64,000 bases of DNA, from the NCBI GenBank assembly GCA_963771465.1, contig CAVYTU010000014.1, positions 704,001 to 768,000 on the forward strand, in the 5' to 3' direction. The notes under the pieces were generated by a model. The model worked only from the letters and a program-made list of their open reading frames with translations. It was not told where the DNA came from and made no database searches. The DNA is from an uncultured delta proteobacterium. Its GTDB lineage: Bacteria > Desulfobacterota > Binatia > UBA9968. Each line of letters begins with the position of its first letter. Position 1 is the first letter of the stretch. Both the position numbers and the translations under genes were made by a program. Positions 23,270 to 33,752 of the stretch are shown piece after piece.

Positions 23270-23292
23270 TTTAATGAGGTAGGATACCCCGC

Positions 23293-24489
23293 ATGTTGCG
23301 TTACTTCACGGCGGGAGAATCCCATGGTCCGTGCCTGACCATGATCATCGACGGTATTCCTGCCGGGTTTCCCATTGCCATCGATAAGATCAATCACGAC
23401 CTTTGGCGCCGCCAACAGGGTTATGGCCGGGGCGGGCGCATGCTTATCGAAAAAGACGAGGCAACCGTGCGCTCGGGGATCCGTTGGGGCGAGACGATGG
23501 GCTCGCCGGTCGCGTTGGGCATCGAAAACCGCGATTGGAAAAACTGGACGACTAAAATGTCGCCAAATCCCGAGGATCGGGATGACAAAATCGCGGTGAC
23601 CAAACCTCGGCCGGGTCACGCCGATCTGAACGGCGTGCTTAAATACGACCGCGCCGATATTCGCGATATCCTCGAACGAGCGAGCGCCCGGGAAACCGTT
23701 GCCCGCACCGCTGTCGGTTCTTTCGCTAAACAGTTGCTCGCGCCATTCGGCATCCGCATCATGGGTTATATCCGCTCGCTGGGAAATGTCACGGCCAATC
23801 TCGATGGACTGACTTACAGCGAAACCTTCGAGCGCTCTGAAGAGTCATCGGTACGCACTGCGGATCCGGCTGCCGAAGAAAGAATGATCGCTTTGATCGA
23901 AGAGTGCAAAAAAGAAGGCAACACCCTCGGCGGCGTCTTCGAAGTCGTTACTCTGGGATTACCGCCTGGGTTGGGCTCCCATACGCAATGGGATCGCAAG
24001 CTCGATGGCCGGTTGGCGCAAGCGCTGATGAGCATTCAAGCGATGAAAGGGGTCGAGATCGGTCTCGGCTTCGAAATGGCGCGCCGGCGCGGCTCCCAGG
24101 TTCACGATGAGATTTTCTTCGATCCGACAAAGATGGTGAGCGAAGGCACGCCGCGCATCGTACCCACGGGCTTTTACCGTGGCAGCAACAATTCCGGCGG
24201 CACCGAAGGCGGCATGACCAATGGCTCGCCGTTGGTCGCGCGCGTCGCTATGAAACCGATCTCGACGCTCATGAGTCCGTTGCAGTCGGTCGATATGCGC
24301 TCCAAACAAGCGGCCGATGCATCCGTCGAACGCTCAGATGTCTGCGCCGCGCCGGCCGCCGCGGTAGTCGGCGAATCGGTGGTAGCCTTTGAAGTTGCCA
24401 AAGCGTTTCTCGAAAAGTTTGGCGGCGACTCGCTGCGCGAAATCAAGCGCAATTACGAAAACTATCTCGAGCAGATCAAGAATTACTAG
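23293..24489 (+). CDS. aroC: Chorismate synthase
   Basis: TAGESHG, PRPGHAD, ERASARET, MKPIST. Confidence 0.97.
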   Translation: MLRYFTAGESHGPCLTMIIDGIPAGFPIAIDKINHDLWRRQQGYGRGGRMLIEKDEATVRSGIRWGETMGSPVALGIENRDWKNWTTKMSPNPEDRDDKIAVTKPRPGHADLNGVLKYDRADIRDILERASARETVARTAVGSFAKQLLAPFGIRIMGYIRSLGNVTANLDGLTYSETFERSEESSVRTADPAAEERMIALIEECKKEGNTLGGVFEVVTLGLPPGLGSHTQWDRKLDGRLAQALMSIQAMKGVEIGLGFEMARRRGSQVHDEIFFDPTKMVSEGTPRIVPTGFYRGSNNSGGTEGGMTNGSPLVARVAMKPISTLMSPLQSVDMRSKQAADASVERSDVCAAPAAAVVGESVVAFEVAKAFLEKFGGDSLREIKRNYENYLEQIKNY

Positions 24490-24493
24490 CCCT

Positions 24494-25018
24494 TTGGCAG
24501 CAACCTCGACGCAAAACATCGCGCTCATCGGTTTTATGGCGGTTGGTAAAAGCGCCGTCGGGCGCAACCTCGCCAAACGGCTGCGGCGCCGTTTCGTCGA
24601 CCTGGATCGCATGGTTGAAAAAATCGAAGGCATGAAGGTGCGGGACATTTTCGAGCAAAAGGGCGAAGCCCATTTTCGCCAAGTGGAAAAACAAAGCCTC
24701 GCCGGCGTGCTTCAGCAGGATGGGCAAATTATCGCCACCGGCGGCGGCGTCGTGCTGGACGACGACAACTTAGCGCTGCTAAGGGAGAAAGCGCTTTTGA
24801 TCGGCCTGAGCGCTTCGACCGACACGATACTGAACAGGGTGGGAAGTGGCACTACGAGGCCTTTGCTAAAAGGCACTGACCGGCGGGAGCGGATTGAAGC
24901 GTTAGTCGAATCGCGGGCGGCGCGCTATGCCCAGGCGCATGTGACCATCGCTACCGACGAATTGACATTGGCGCAGGTGGTCGACAAGATCGTCGAGGTC
25001 GTGAACTCCAAGAACTGA
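24494..25018 (+). CDS. aroK: Shikimate kinase
   Basis: GFMAVGKS, GEAHFR, ATGGG, RPLL; start approximated at TTG 24494. Confidence 0.93.
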   Translation: MAATSTQNIALIGFMAVGKSAVGRNLAKRLRRRFVDLDRMVEKIEGMKVRDIFEQKGEAHFRQVEKQSLAGVLQQDGQIIATGGGVVLDDDNLALLREKALLIGLSASTDTILNRVGSGTTRPLLKGTDRRERIEALVESRAARYAQAHVTIATDELTLAQVVDKIVEVVNSKN

Positions 25019-25021
25019 ACC

Positions 25022-26098
25022 ATGCAAACCCTAAACGTCAATCTCGGCGCGCGATCGTACCCGATTCATATCGGCTCGGGCATCTTGGCGCGTGCGGGTG
25101 AGTTGCTGAACCAGATAGGTCTCAGCGGCAAAGTGGCGATCGTCACCAATCCGACCGTGGCTCAGTTTTATCTCGAGCCGATTCAAGCAGCGCTCAGCAA
25201 AGCCGGCTTCATCGCCGTGCCGATTCTCCTGGCCGACGGTGAAGAGCATAAAAATCTTGCTTCGCTGCAGGCGATCTATGACCGCTTGATCACTGAACGT
25301 TTCGAGCGCAAATCCTGCATTCTTGCGCTCGGCGGCGGCGTTATCGGCGATTTGGCCGGATTGGCCGCGGCGACGTATTTGCGCGGCGTGCCGTACGCGC
25401 AGGTGCCGACAACGTTACTAGCCCACGTGGATTCCAGCGTCGGCGGCAAGACCGGGGTCAATCATGCCGATGGTAAGAATTTGATCGGTGCCTTCTATCA
25501 GCCAAAACTGGTATTGATCGACATCGCCACGCTCAAGACATTGCCGCGCCGCGAACTGGGCGCCGGCTTGGCCGAAGTGATTAAGTACGGTGTGATCGAA
25601 GATGCCGCGTTATTCGGTTTACTCGAAGGACGAATCGACAAGCTGGTCGAGTTGGACAGTGATTTGTTGATTCAGACGATTGCGACGTCATGTGCGATTA
25701 AAGCCAGAGTGGTGGAGGTGGACGAGCGGGAAGACGACTATCGCGCGGTGCTCAACTTCGGCCACACCATCGGTCATGCGCTGGAAGCGGTGACCGGCTA
25801 TACCGAGTTCCTCCACGGCGAAGCGGTTGGCGTCGGCATGGTGAAGGCAGCGGCGCTATCGAAGCGGCACGGGTTCTGCGATCAGAACAGTTTCGATCGC
25901 ATCGTTCGATTGATCGCAAAAGCCGGGCTGCCGACGGAAATTCCCGGCAGGGTTTCGCTGGCGAGCTTGGTGCAAGCGATGGAAGTCGACAAGAAGGCCG
26001 CCGGGGGAAAGATCAAGTTTGTTATGTGCGAAGGGATTGGCAAAACTAGATTTCATCACTTAGCGCCGAGCGAAATCTTGGCGGCGCTGAGCGCATGA
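25022..26098 (+). CDS. aroB: 3-dehydroquinate synthase
   Basis: [29 protein letters not shown]. Confidence 0.97.
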   Translation: MQTLNVNLGARSYPIHIGSGILARAGELLNQIGLSGKVAIVTNPTVAQFYLEPIQAALSKAGFIAVPILLADGEEHKNLASLQAIYDRLITERFERKSCILALGGGVIGDLAGLAAATYLRGVPYAQVPTTLLAHVDSSVGGKTGVNHADGKNLIGAFYQPKLVLIDIATLKTLPRRELGAGLAEVIKYGVIEDAALFGLLEGRIDKLVELDSDLLIQTIATSCAIKARVVEVDEREDDYRAVLNFGHTIGHALEAVTGYTEFLHGEAVGVGMVKAAALSKRHGFCDQNSFDRIVRLIAKAGLPTEIPGRVSLASLVQAMEVDKKAAGGKIKFVMCEGIGKTRFHHLAPSEILAALSA

Positions 26099-26126
26099 TC
26101 GAGGTTTGGCCGGTGGAGGAATGAGG

Positions 26127-26567
26127 ATGGCACAGAGAAAAAAAATTTTGCTGCTCAACGGTCCGAATCTCAATCTATTGGGCACGCGCCAACCGGAAAT
26201 TTACGGCAAATTGACCCTGGTTCAGATCAAAAAAAAGGTCCTCAGTCTGGCCAAAGAACTGGGTGTCGAAGTCGACTTTCGCCAGTCCAATAATGAAGGC
26301 GAGCTGATTACCTGGATTCAGCAGGCCGCCGGGAAATTCGCGGCGCTGATTATCAATCCCGCTGCCTACACCCACACTAGCTTAGCCATGCGCGATGCGA
26401 TTTCAGCGGTCGGTATTCCAACCATCGAGATTCACCTGTCCAACATTCACAAACGCGAGCAGTTTCGCCACCACTCGTTTATCGCCGAGGTGGCGGCGGG
26501 GCAAATCACGGGATTCGGTGCTGACAGCTATCTTTTGGGGCTGCGCGCGGTGGTGGCGCTGGTGTGA
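26127..26567 (+). CDS. aroQ: Type II 3-dehydroquinate dehydratase
   Basis: [25 protein letters not shown]. Confidence 0.96.
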   Translation: MAQRKKILLLNGPNLNLLGTRQPEIYGKLTLVQIKKKVLSLAKELGVEVDFRQSNNEGELITWIQQAAGKFAALIINPAAYTHTSLAMRDAISAVGIPTIEIHLSNIHKREQFRHHSFIAEVAAGQITGFGADSYLLGLRAVVALV

Positions 26568-26582
26568 GCAAACGTTGAATGA

Positions 26583-27284
26583 TTAGTAGGTTCCCGTCGG
26601 GATGTTCTTGCTCTTCATTTCTTGAATTAGACTGTCCCGCTCTTTTTGCAAAATATCAATCTGGATTCTCATGTCGCTGAGCTCTTTTTGTTTGGGTGTA
26701 TAAACTGGGTTTTCGTACCCTTGCATAGGCGGAGTCCCTGAAGGCCCGCCGCCTCCTGGTACCTTCTGGGAATCGCGAATTCTCGAGCCGAAATCCGCTA
26801 TCCAGCCTTGAAAGCCTTCCTTGCTGACATTCGACAAGCTTCCTCCACCCTGGGTGGCGTTCAAATACTCTTCTTTGGCGGCTTCTAGTTTTTGTGTCGT
26901 GTCAGCAAGTCGCTTTTGATATTCCTTTTCCTCTCCACTGGGGACTCGTGATGACTCTCTCGGACTCGACGTCTGTGACGCGTCGCGAGTTGGCGTCGGA
27001 GTTGGCTTTGGCGGGGCGGTTGCAGCTGGCCGGGATGATTCTAACTCGGATATGTTAAGGCCCGGACGATCGCTTTCCCCAGGCTTCAAAATCGCCTGTA
27101 TTTGATCCTTTGGGATGGCGATCTCACCGCCAAGGCCGGTGAATCTTATCATTGAACCATCCACGCGATAGCTTTGTACCGTGATTTGGCGTCCATTCTT
27201 TAAAACTAGAACAGATTGCGCTTCAACCAGAGGACACCACCAGACGATACTGAGAGCCACGGCAACCAATGTCCATTTCATCAT
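26583..27284 (-). CDS. Exported hypothetical protein (small beta N-domain, Pro/Ser/Thr linker, coiled coil)
   Basis: Signal peptide MMKWTLVAVALS..VEAQ, then VLVLKNGRQI domain; divergent from the VWA gene. Confidence 0.7.
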   Translation of the reverse strand: MMKWTLVAVALSIVWWCPLVEAQSVLVLKNGRQITVQSYRVDGSMIRFTGLGGEIAIPKDQIQAILKPGESDRPGLNISELESSRPAATAPPKPTPTPTRDASQTSSPRESSRVPSGEEKEYQKRLADTTQKLEAAKEEYLNATQGGGSLSNVSKEGFQGWIADFGSRIRDSQKVPGGGGPSGTPPMQGYENPVYTPKQKELSDMRIQIDILQKERDSLIQEMKSKNIPTGTY

Positions 27285-27399
27285 ACCGTAAGTATAGCAT
27301 GAGGCCGATTCTGCGGAACACCATTGATTTGCCCTTCTGGTTCCGGGCTTTTGCCGCCGAGCTAAAAATGTTAGCGTTTGGGCGTCTAACGAAACGGTT

Positions 27400-28652
27400 A
27401 TGATAAGACGTTTACATCGATTATTTGCACTGTGGTTTTTCGGCTTCGGCATATTGCCTGCCTGGGTTGGTGCAGCTGAGCCGCGCGTGCAAATTCTCTC
27501 GCCCAAAGACGGCAGCCGTATCAGCCAGGATCAAAATTCCATTTTCGTCAGCGGCAAGGTCGCACGTGATGGCGGCCGATCGGCGAACGTTGATATATTC
27601 CTGGTGATCGATGTTTCCGGCAGCACGTTAATGTACGCCGGGATGAATCTTGGCGAGGCTGATCAGCCGCCGGATAGTTCCGGTTTTGGCATGCCGCAGA
27701 TTACCATCGGCGGCATGAGCATCGGTAAACCACCGGTGCGCAACCTGCGCAATTCGATTCTCGCCGCGGAAGTGGCCGCGTCGCGTCGCTTGCTGCTCCA
27801 GCTCAATTCGCAAACCACGCGTGTCGGCGTGCTGACATTCAGTGAAGGCGCGAAGCTCATGCAGCCGCTTACCCAGGACTTTGATCAAGTTCGACGCATC
27901 CTTGACGACATTCTGCGCGCCGGACCTTACGGCGGGACGAATATGGTCGAAGGCATCCGCATGGCCATCACCGAACTCATGGGTCTGGGCACCAGCCAGA
28001 GGCGCACCGATGCGGTTAAGGTCCAGTTTCTTTTGACCGACGGTTTTCCATCGCTGCCCATCGGTGGCGGCAAGCGAGCGGCGCCAGAAGATACCGATCT
28101 CGCCATCAATGCGGCGCAGGTCTGGCAGGCCGGGCTGGTATCAAAGTTCACGTATTTGCACTCGGCGAAGAGGCACTCACTTATCCGCGCGCCGCGGTTG
28201 GCATCGCCCAAGAGAGCGGCGGGACCTACACACCAGTGGTGCGACCGGCGGATGTGCTCGCCGCGGTGGAGAACATATCGGCAGTAGGTGTCGATTTCGT
28301 GCAGGTGGTCAACCAGACGATGGGCCAGCGGGCGACGCAGATTCGTTTGGCGGCGGATGGATTTTTTTCCTCAGCCGTGCCGGTGGTCGAAGGGCGAAAT
28401 CAAATCGACGTCATCGCTCGTGCCAGCGATGGCTCTACCGGTCGCGATACGATCACGGTGATCTATCAGTCGGGAAACCAGAAGTCTTTGGAGTTGGAAG
28501 TTTTCCTCGAACGGGAAAGAAAGCTTAAACTCGAAGTCGAACGCTTAGGTCGCAGCCCGGCTGAGATTCAGCGCGAAGTCGAGCGCAATCGTGAGGATGG
28601 ATTGCGCCGGCCGCAACAGTTGCCGCCGCCCACCGATGGGCCGCCGCGTTAA
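27400..28652 (+). pseudogene. Exported VWA (MIDAS) domain protein with Ig-like segments, frameshifted at about 28120
   Basis: DVSGS, GGTN and LTDG MIDAS residues; the coherent reading (LAGRAGIKVHVFALGEEAL..SGGTY) continues from 28122 in the frame of ORF 28236-28652. Confidence 0.8.
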
Positions 28653-28676
28653 GATTCTCATTTCACGATTTTTCGC

Positions 28677-29099
28677 TTAGCGCGCTTTTCGCTCGGCTTC
28701 GGCGGCGATGGCGATTTCGCTGGCGCCGGCGCGCTTGATGATCGACATCACTTTGACCGTGTCGCCCAAGAGCACGTCTTTATCGCCGCGCAGAATCACG
28801 GTCTTATCCGAGCTGGTGCTCAAAGCCTCTTGCAGGGTTTTTTCCAAACTGTCTTCGCTGACTTTTTTCTGATTGACGAAGATTTCATGTTTCGGCGTTA
28901 GGGTGACTGTGGTGCCGCGCGACTCGGTTCGCGTCGCCACCGCCTTTGGCAGATTGATCTTGCCGCCGGACTCGATCATCGCCGAGCTGGTGATCATGAA
29001 GATGATCAGCAGGACAAGAAAAATATCGGTCAGCGGCGTGATGTTGATCTCGGCGACGATGTCGGAACTATCCTCGCCGCCAAGCGGTGTCATAGCCAT
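28677..29099 (-). CDS. exbD: ExbD/TolR family motor subunit
   Basis: EINITPLTDIFLVLLIIFMI with the conserved Asp; LRGD. Confidence 0.9.
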   Translation of the reverse strand: MAMTPLGGEDSSDIVAEINITPLTDIFLVLLIIFMITSSAMIESGGKINLPKAVATRTESRGTTVTLTPKHEIFVNQKKVSEDSLEKTLQEALSTSSDKTVILRGDKDVLLGDTVKVMSIIKRAGASEIAIAAEAERKAR

Positions 29100-29108
29100 A
29101 AGATTCCC

Positions 29109-29735
29109 TCAAACTAACGCGTTTTGCAGAACTTTGGCGATTTGGATACGGAGCAAACCGGTAAGACTGGCAATCCGGGTTTGAAAATAATTGTAAAACA
29201 CGACGGCGACAATGGCTACGGCGAGGCCCAATGCGGTGGCCACCAGCGCCTCAGAAATTCCCGCGGCGACCACGGCAAACCCGCCGGTGCCGGCTACCGC
29301 CATGCTTTCAAAAGAGCGGATGATGCCAATGACGGTACCGAGCAGACCGATGAAGGGCGCGCTACTGGCAACCGTGCCAAGTATCCATAGATGTTTCTTC
29401 AGCTTCTGGGTCTCCTCGAACATCGCTTCGGTGGCGATGCTGCTGGCTAGCTCAGGCCGCGACGTTGTGTCGTGATTGAGAATGTTAAGAAAAATCCTTC
29501 CCACCGGCCATTCGGAGTTTTGTTTGCAAATGACGATGGCCAAATCGCGCTGTCCTTTTTTGAGCGGCTCCAATAGCGACTCGGTGATCTTCAGCGTCAC
29601 CGAGCTCATGTTTCTCAGCGACCAGAGCCGTTCGAACACGACGGTGACGCTGATGATCGACAAAAGTATGAGCGGATAGGTGGCGATGGCGCCTTGATGG
29701 ATGATAGTGATTAGATCGAGACCTTGAGGTTGCAT
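29109..29735 (-). CDS. exbB: MotA/TolQ/ExbB proton channel protein
   Basis: APFIGLLGTV.GI..SF, GISEALVATA.GL. Confidence 0.9.
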   Translation of the reverse strand: MQPQGLDLITIIHQGAIATYPLILLSIISVTVVFERLWSLRNMSSVTLKITESLLEPLKKGQRDLAIVICKQNSEWPVGRIFLNILNHDTTSRPELASSIATEAMFEETQKLKKHLWILGTVASSAPFIGLLGTVIGIIRSFESMAVAGTGGFAVVAAGISEALVATALGLAVAIVAVVFYNYFQTRIASLTGLLRIQIAKVLQNALV

Positions 29736-29806
29736 GGCAGACCTTTCCTGTTACTCGAACGAAGATACTCAAATTGAAAATTAATTCAATGAAACGAGAA
29801 CCGAAA

Positions 29807-30841
29807 CTAGCCGCGCACGCGAATAGCGACTTCGAAGCGGAGGATCATCGGCTCGTTGGCGAGATCTTTCAAACTTTCCGGCATCGCTGGGAACGGCGAT
29901 GCGCGTCTGATCGCCTCGAGAGCGCTGGCGTTCAGTCGCGCGTCGGATGATTCCATCACTTCCGAGAGCGTCAATTTACCGGCACGGTCGAGGGCGAAAC
30001 GGATGGCGACCCTTTGCACGCCAGTCACATTGTCGGGATATTTCCAGACCGACTCGACGCGCTTTTTGAGTTGATTTAAGTAACTGCCGTAATCCGCTGC
30101 TGGTATTCCCTTGAGTCCCGTTGTGCCGCCGCCACCGGTGCCGGCTCCAGTTCCGCCGCCGGCAAGCCCGGTGCCGCTTCGACTGCCGCCCGGCACACCG
30201 TAAGCGCCGGTGTTTGTGCCGCTGCCCTTGAGCGCGCCGGGAATTTGCGGCCCTTCTTTCAAAGCCTTGATCCCTGGGCTGTCGCCAGCACCTTTCAACG
30301 CGGCCAAGCTTCTTTGGGCTTCGAGATCGGTGGCAGCATTGGCGGGGAGATTGGTTGCGCGTTCTTTCGTCGGCAGCTGAACCAAGGAGTCCGGCGAGGT
30401 TTCTTTGGCGTTGACCGATTCCTGGCGCGTCTCCATCGCCAACACTTTCGGTCCGGGCAGGGCGATTGGTTTTGGCGCGGGTGGTGTTTCGACATTCGCT
30501 GGCACCGGCGTTGGCGTTGGCACTGAACTTTCCAATGAGCCGCTGTCTAGTTTTCCCGTTCGTTGCACAGGTGGAATCGGCACGCCGAGTTTGGGCAGTT
30601 CGCGCGGACCGGCCGCGCCTTTTCCTGTGCCGATGCTCTTCGTATCTGCGCCGCTGCGCACTTCCATCAGTTGAACCGAAATCGGCGGATCGGGCTCGAC
30701 CTTAGGCAGCGAAAAAGTTGCCGTCTTTAGGGCGACCAATAATAGCAGACCGTGAAACAGCAGGGAGGGAATTAAAAACGGACTGCGGAAGAGGGAACCA
30801 AGCTCCGGCTCTGCCCAGTCGAAGGTCGAATGGTCGAGCAT
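29807..30841 (-). CDS. TonB/TolA-like protein (TM anchor, Pro/Gly-rich linker, TonB C-terminal domain)
   Basis: SLLFH TM motif; Y...LKKRVESVWKYP..SS...L..SALEAIRRASPFP. Confidence 0.88.
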   Translation of the reverse strand: MLDHSTFDWAEPELGSLFRSPFLIPSLLFHGLLLLVALKTATFSLPKVEPDPPISVQLMEVRSGADTKSIGTGKGAAGPRELPKLGVPIPPVQRTGKLDSGSLESSVPTPTPVPANVETPPAPKPIALPGPKVLAMETRQESVNAKETSPDSLVQLPTKERATNLPANAATDLEAQRSLAALKGAGDSPGIKALKEGPQIPGALKGSGTNTGAYGVPGGSRSGTGLAGGGTGAGTGGGGTTGLKGIPAADYGSYLNQLKKRVESVWKYPDNVTGVQRVAIRFALDRAGKLTLSEVMESSDARLNASALEAIRRASPFPAMPESLKDLANEPMILRFEVAIRVRG

Positions 30842-30843
30842 GA

Positions 30844-31983
30844 TTAGCTGCCCGGCGTTGCTAGCTGGACGATTCCCGCGCCGGGAGCCGGCAACTGTTC
30901 CTGTTTAGAGAGAATCTCCAAGCCAACGGCGCTGACATCACGGCGCGCGACTCGACCATTCTCATAATAAGTCCACAGATCGGCAATCCCGTCGCCGTTA
31001 AGATCACGCTCCTCTTTGGTCACGATCTCGCCATCGCGGCTGCTATCATAGTAAATCCACAGGTCCGGTCGGCCGCTGCTCGTGGTCTCTTTTTCCACCT
31101 TGGCGAGGCGGCCATTCTGAAAGCTAGCGCGATAGGTCATCTGCCCTTGGCCGCTTTCGTCGCGCTCTTCGCGGATGATCTTGTCGCCATCGTAATAAAA
31201 AACCGTGTCCGGCCGGCCTTGACCTTTGTTGTCGACATCGCGCCGTGTCAGTTGGCCGTCTTTGAAATAACTCCAGGTGTCGACTCTGCCGTCGCCTTTG
31301 CTCGCCTCCTCTTGGCGCATCACTTCACCGGCTTTTTGCGGATTATAATAAATCCAAAGATCCGGGATGCCATCGCCGTTCACGTCGCGCACTTCGACGT
31401 TTTTGAATGGCGCCGGCGCGGCGATGGGCGGGGTTACAGGCTTTTTCAACGCCGCGAGCGAGTTGTTATCCGGCGCTCGGTTGGTCGTGGGTTTGTCCCC
31501 AGGTAGATTGCGTGGTGTCTGAGTCGTGCTGGTAGCGCCAGGAATTTGCGCCGGCGCATCGGCAATCGGTGTTCCACCTGGATTGGCGATCTGATTCTCC
31601 AATTCGCGTTGGCGCGCTAGTTCTTGTTCAATGGCCGCTTCAAGCTGCTGATCTTTTTGTTGCTCGGTGCGGACCTGGCGGTTCATTTCGTTGTAGTGGG
31701 ACTCCGCAGTAAACAAACCCGTGATAAAGCCGATGACCAACCCGCCGCCCGCGCCGTAGGGACCAGCGATGGCACCGCCCATGGCGACGCCTTCCATCGC
31801 TTTATTCCAAACATGTTGCATTCGTTGGGAGCTGCTAACTTGGTTTGGCTGAGATGCTCCTGGTGTGCCACTGTTGGGATTCGGGTTTTGCGCCGAACCG
31901 GGTGGATACTGTACGGCCACAGGCTCGCAGGCCGAGCTGCCCACAAGCAATACGAGTAAATATGGACGTAGGAGTCGGTTCAT
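30844..31983 (-). CDS. Lipoprotein with glycine zipper, coiled coil and about 6 Dx[DN]xDG beta-hairpin repeats
   Basis: Lipobox-like GSSAC; GVAMGGAIAGPYGAGGGLVIG; repeats such as DVNGDGIPDLWIYY and DLNGDGIADLWTYY. Confidence 0.8.
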   Translation of the reverse strand: MNRLLRPYLLVLLVGSSACEPVAVQYPPGSAQNPNPNSGTPGASQPNQVSSSQRMQHVWNKAMEGVAMGGAIAGPYGAGGGLVIGFITGLFTAESHYNEMNRQVRTEQQKDQQLEAAIEQELARQRELENQIANPGGTPIADAPAQIPGATSTTQTPRNLPGDKPTTNRAPDNNSLAALKKPVTPPIAAPAPFKNVEVRDVNGDGIPDLWIYYNPQKAGEVMRQEEASKGDGRVDTWSYFKDGQLTRRDVDNKGQGRPDTVFYYDGDKIIREERDESGQGQMTYRASFQNGRLAKVEKETTSSGRPDLWIYYDSSRDGEIVTKEERDLNGDGIADLWTYYENGRVARRDVSAVGLEILSKQEQLPAPGAGIVQLATPGS

Positions 31984-32005
31984 CGATTCGCCAACTAACG
32001 AAATT

Positions 32006-33238
32006 CTACTTCACTTGCGGACCCAAGACCATCTCCGAAATAACGTTCGCCGCCCTTCGTTCCGCCGTGAGGGGAAGGTCATACCCTGCCATACTTCGTA
32101 GCTCTTCTTCAACCGCTACAAAGGGAGCCGAAGAGCGCGGTGGCTCGCCATCGACAACCGGTTCTTGGTCGACTACTTGGCCGCCTTTGAACCGGTAGCG
32201 GGCGGTAATTTTGCCTTGGAATTTTTGATCCTCAAACTGTTCGACCTGTTCACCATTTTCAAAATTTACCCAGACATCGACACGGCGATCACCATTGGTG
32301 TCCGCCTCCTGGGCAGCGATTTGACCTTTTACATAAAGAATTCGCAAATCGAAGATGCCATCGCCATCGGTATCGCGCTCCTCGCGAATAAGTTGATTGT
32401 CTTGGAAGTAATAAACGGCATCCCATTTGCCGCTGCCTTTGCTATCGCGCAGCCGCTTGGCAACCCGGCCTTGGGAGAAAATCTCGATCATATCCATGCG
32501 GCCCTTGCCGGCGCTGTCTTCTTCACGGCGCAGGATCGCTTCGCCTTGAAAATAGACGATCCGGCTCACTTTGCCGTCGCCGCGTAAATCTTCGTCCTGT
32601 TTGACGAGCCGGCCGTCCGAATAATAACCCCAGAGGTCAATTTTACCGCGATTTTTGCGGTCAAGCTCTTTGCGCACCAGTTGGCCATTCTCGAAATAGG
32701 AAAAACTATCGGCGGCGCCATCGCCATTGGTATCTTCGTCGATCCGACTGATCTTGCCGTCTGTGTAATGCACGGTACGCGCTGATTTGTCGGCGGATTT
32801 GCTAGCTTCCTCGCTTCGCACCGGCTGGCCATTCTGATAATACACCCAGAGGGTCGGTTGCCCCGAGCCGTTGGTATCCTGGCCCTTGCGCTCGAGTTCG
32901 CCTGTGACGTTGTAGAAAAACCAAGTATCGATGCGGCCGTCGTTCTTGCTGGCGAGCTCCTGGCGAGCCGGCTTTCCGGCATCGTAGTAGACAATAATAT
33001 CGGGTTTCCCATCGGAATTAACGTCTTGTTCGACTCGCAAAGTTTGGCCTTGCGGATTGTAGTGAGTCCAGCGGTCCATCCTGCCGTCGCCGTTAGTGTC
33101 CTGCTCTTGGCGCATAACGTTGCCCCGTTCATCGTAGTAGAAGCTCGCGACCGGTTGTTGCGAATTCGCGATAACTGGAACGAGAACCCAGAGTGCCGCA
33201 GCCAATAGAAACTCAGTGATGTGCGCGCTGCGCTTCAT
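32006..33238 (-). CDS. Exported protein with about 13 tandem 24-aa DxNGDG..D.W.Y beta-repeats (MORN/YD-like)
   Basis: Signal peptide from MKRSAH (ATG 33238); repeats DTNGDGRMDRWTHY, DVNSDGKPDIIVYY, DTDGDGIFDLRILY and others. Confidence 0.8.
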   Translation of the reverse strand: MKRSAHITEFLLAAALWVLVPVIANSQQPVASFYYDERGNVMRQEQDTNGDGRMDRWTHYNPQGQTLRVEQDVNSDGKPDIIVYYDAGKPARQELASKNDGRIDTWFFYNVTGELERKGQDTNGSGQPTLWVYYQNGQPVRSEEASKSADKSARTVHYTDGKISRIDEDTNGDGAADSFSYFENGQLVRKELDRKNRGKIDLWGYYSDGRLVKQDEDLRGDGKVSRIVYFQGEAILRREEDSAGKGRMDMIEIFSQGRVAKRLRDSKGSGKWDAVYYFQDNQLIREERDTDGDGIFDLRILYVKGQIAAQEADTNGDRRVDVWVNFENGEQVEQFEDQKFQGKITARYRFKGGQVVDQEPVVDGEPPRSSAPFVAVEEELRSMAGYDLPLTAERRAANVISEMVLGPQVK

Positions 33239-33752
33239 CGATTTATCTGCTAGGCGTGGTGGTTGAACAGAATGGACGTTGAGTGCAGCGTGGCTACGGA
33301 TCTGCGCATGCTCCCCACTATCGCGATGCATGGCGGGCGAAGTTAGAATCTCTCCGCTCATCACGGGCGATTCTTGCATCGCCTCGGCGCGACTTCCGAG
33401 CATAAAATTCCTCCGGCGCAGCGAGCCCAACGCTACGCCACGGCGTCGGCCAAGTCAACGTGCAGCGCCGGTAGATTGACTGTCGAGCTGGGCGATTTTT
33501 TTTTCTTGGCATAGCGATGACGTGAAGCATCACCAGCTTGCAAACGGGTGATGGTCAAGTCAATCTGGAGTGGTTTAGAATTTTGCTCGTCATCGCTGGG
33601 ACCCACGCGAACTTTAGAGGGCTTGCGGCGTTCGCTGAATCCGTCGTGCTAACCCGTGATTTGAACCAGGAAGGCTTCACTTTGAGGGTAGCGACTCAAC
33701 CGGCGACGAGACGAGTCGGTGAACAATTTACTAACTGGCCGACAGGAGATCT

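Noticed and set aside
18278-26567. pilMNOPQ-aro gene linkage as novel
   Set aside because: The pilQ-aroK-aroB adjacency is a well-known conserved arrangement.
30844-33238. Repeat proteins as Rhs/YD toxins
   Set aside because: No Rhs core (DPxG) motif, toxin tip or immunity gene; both have signal peptides and lie in a motor operon.
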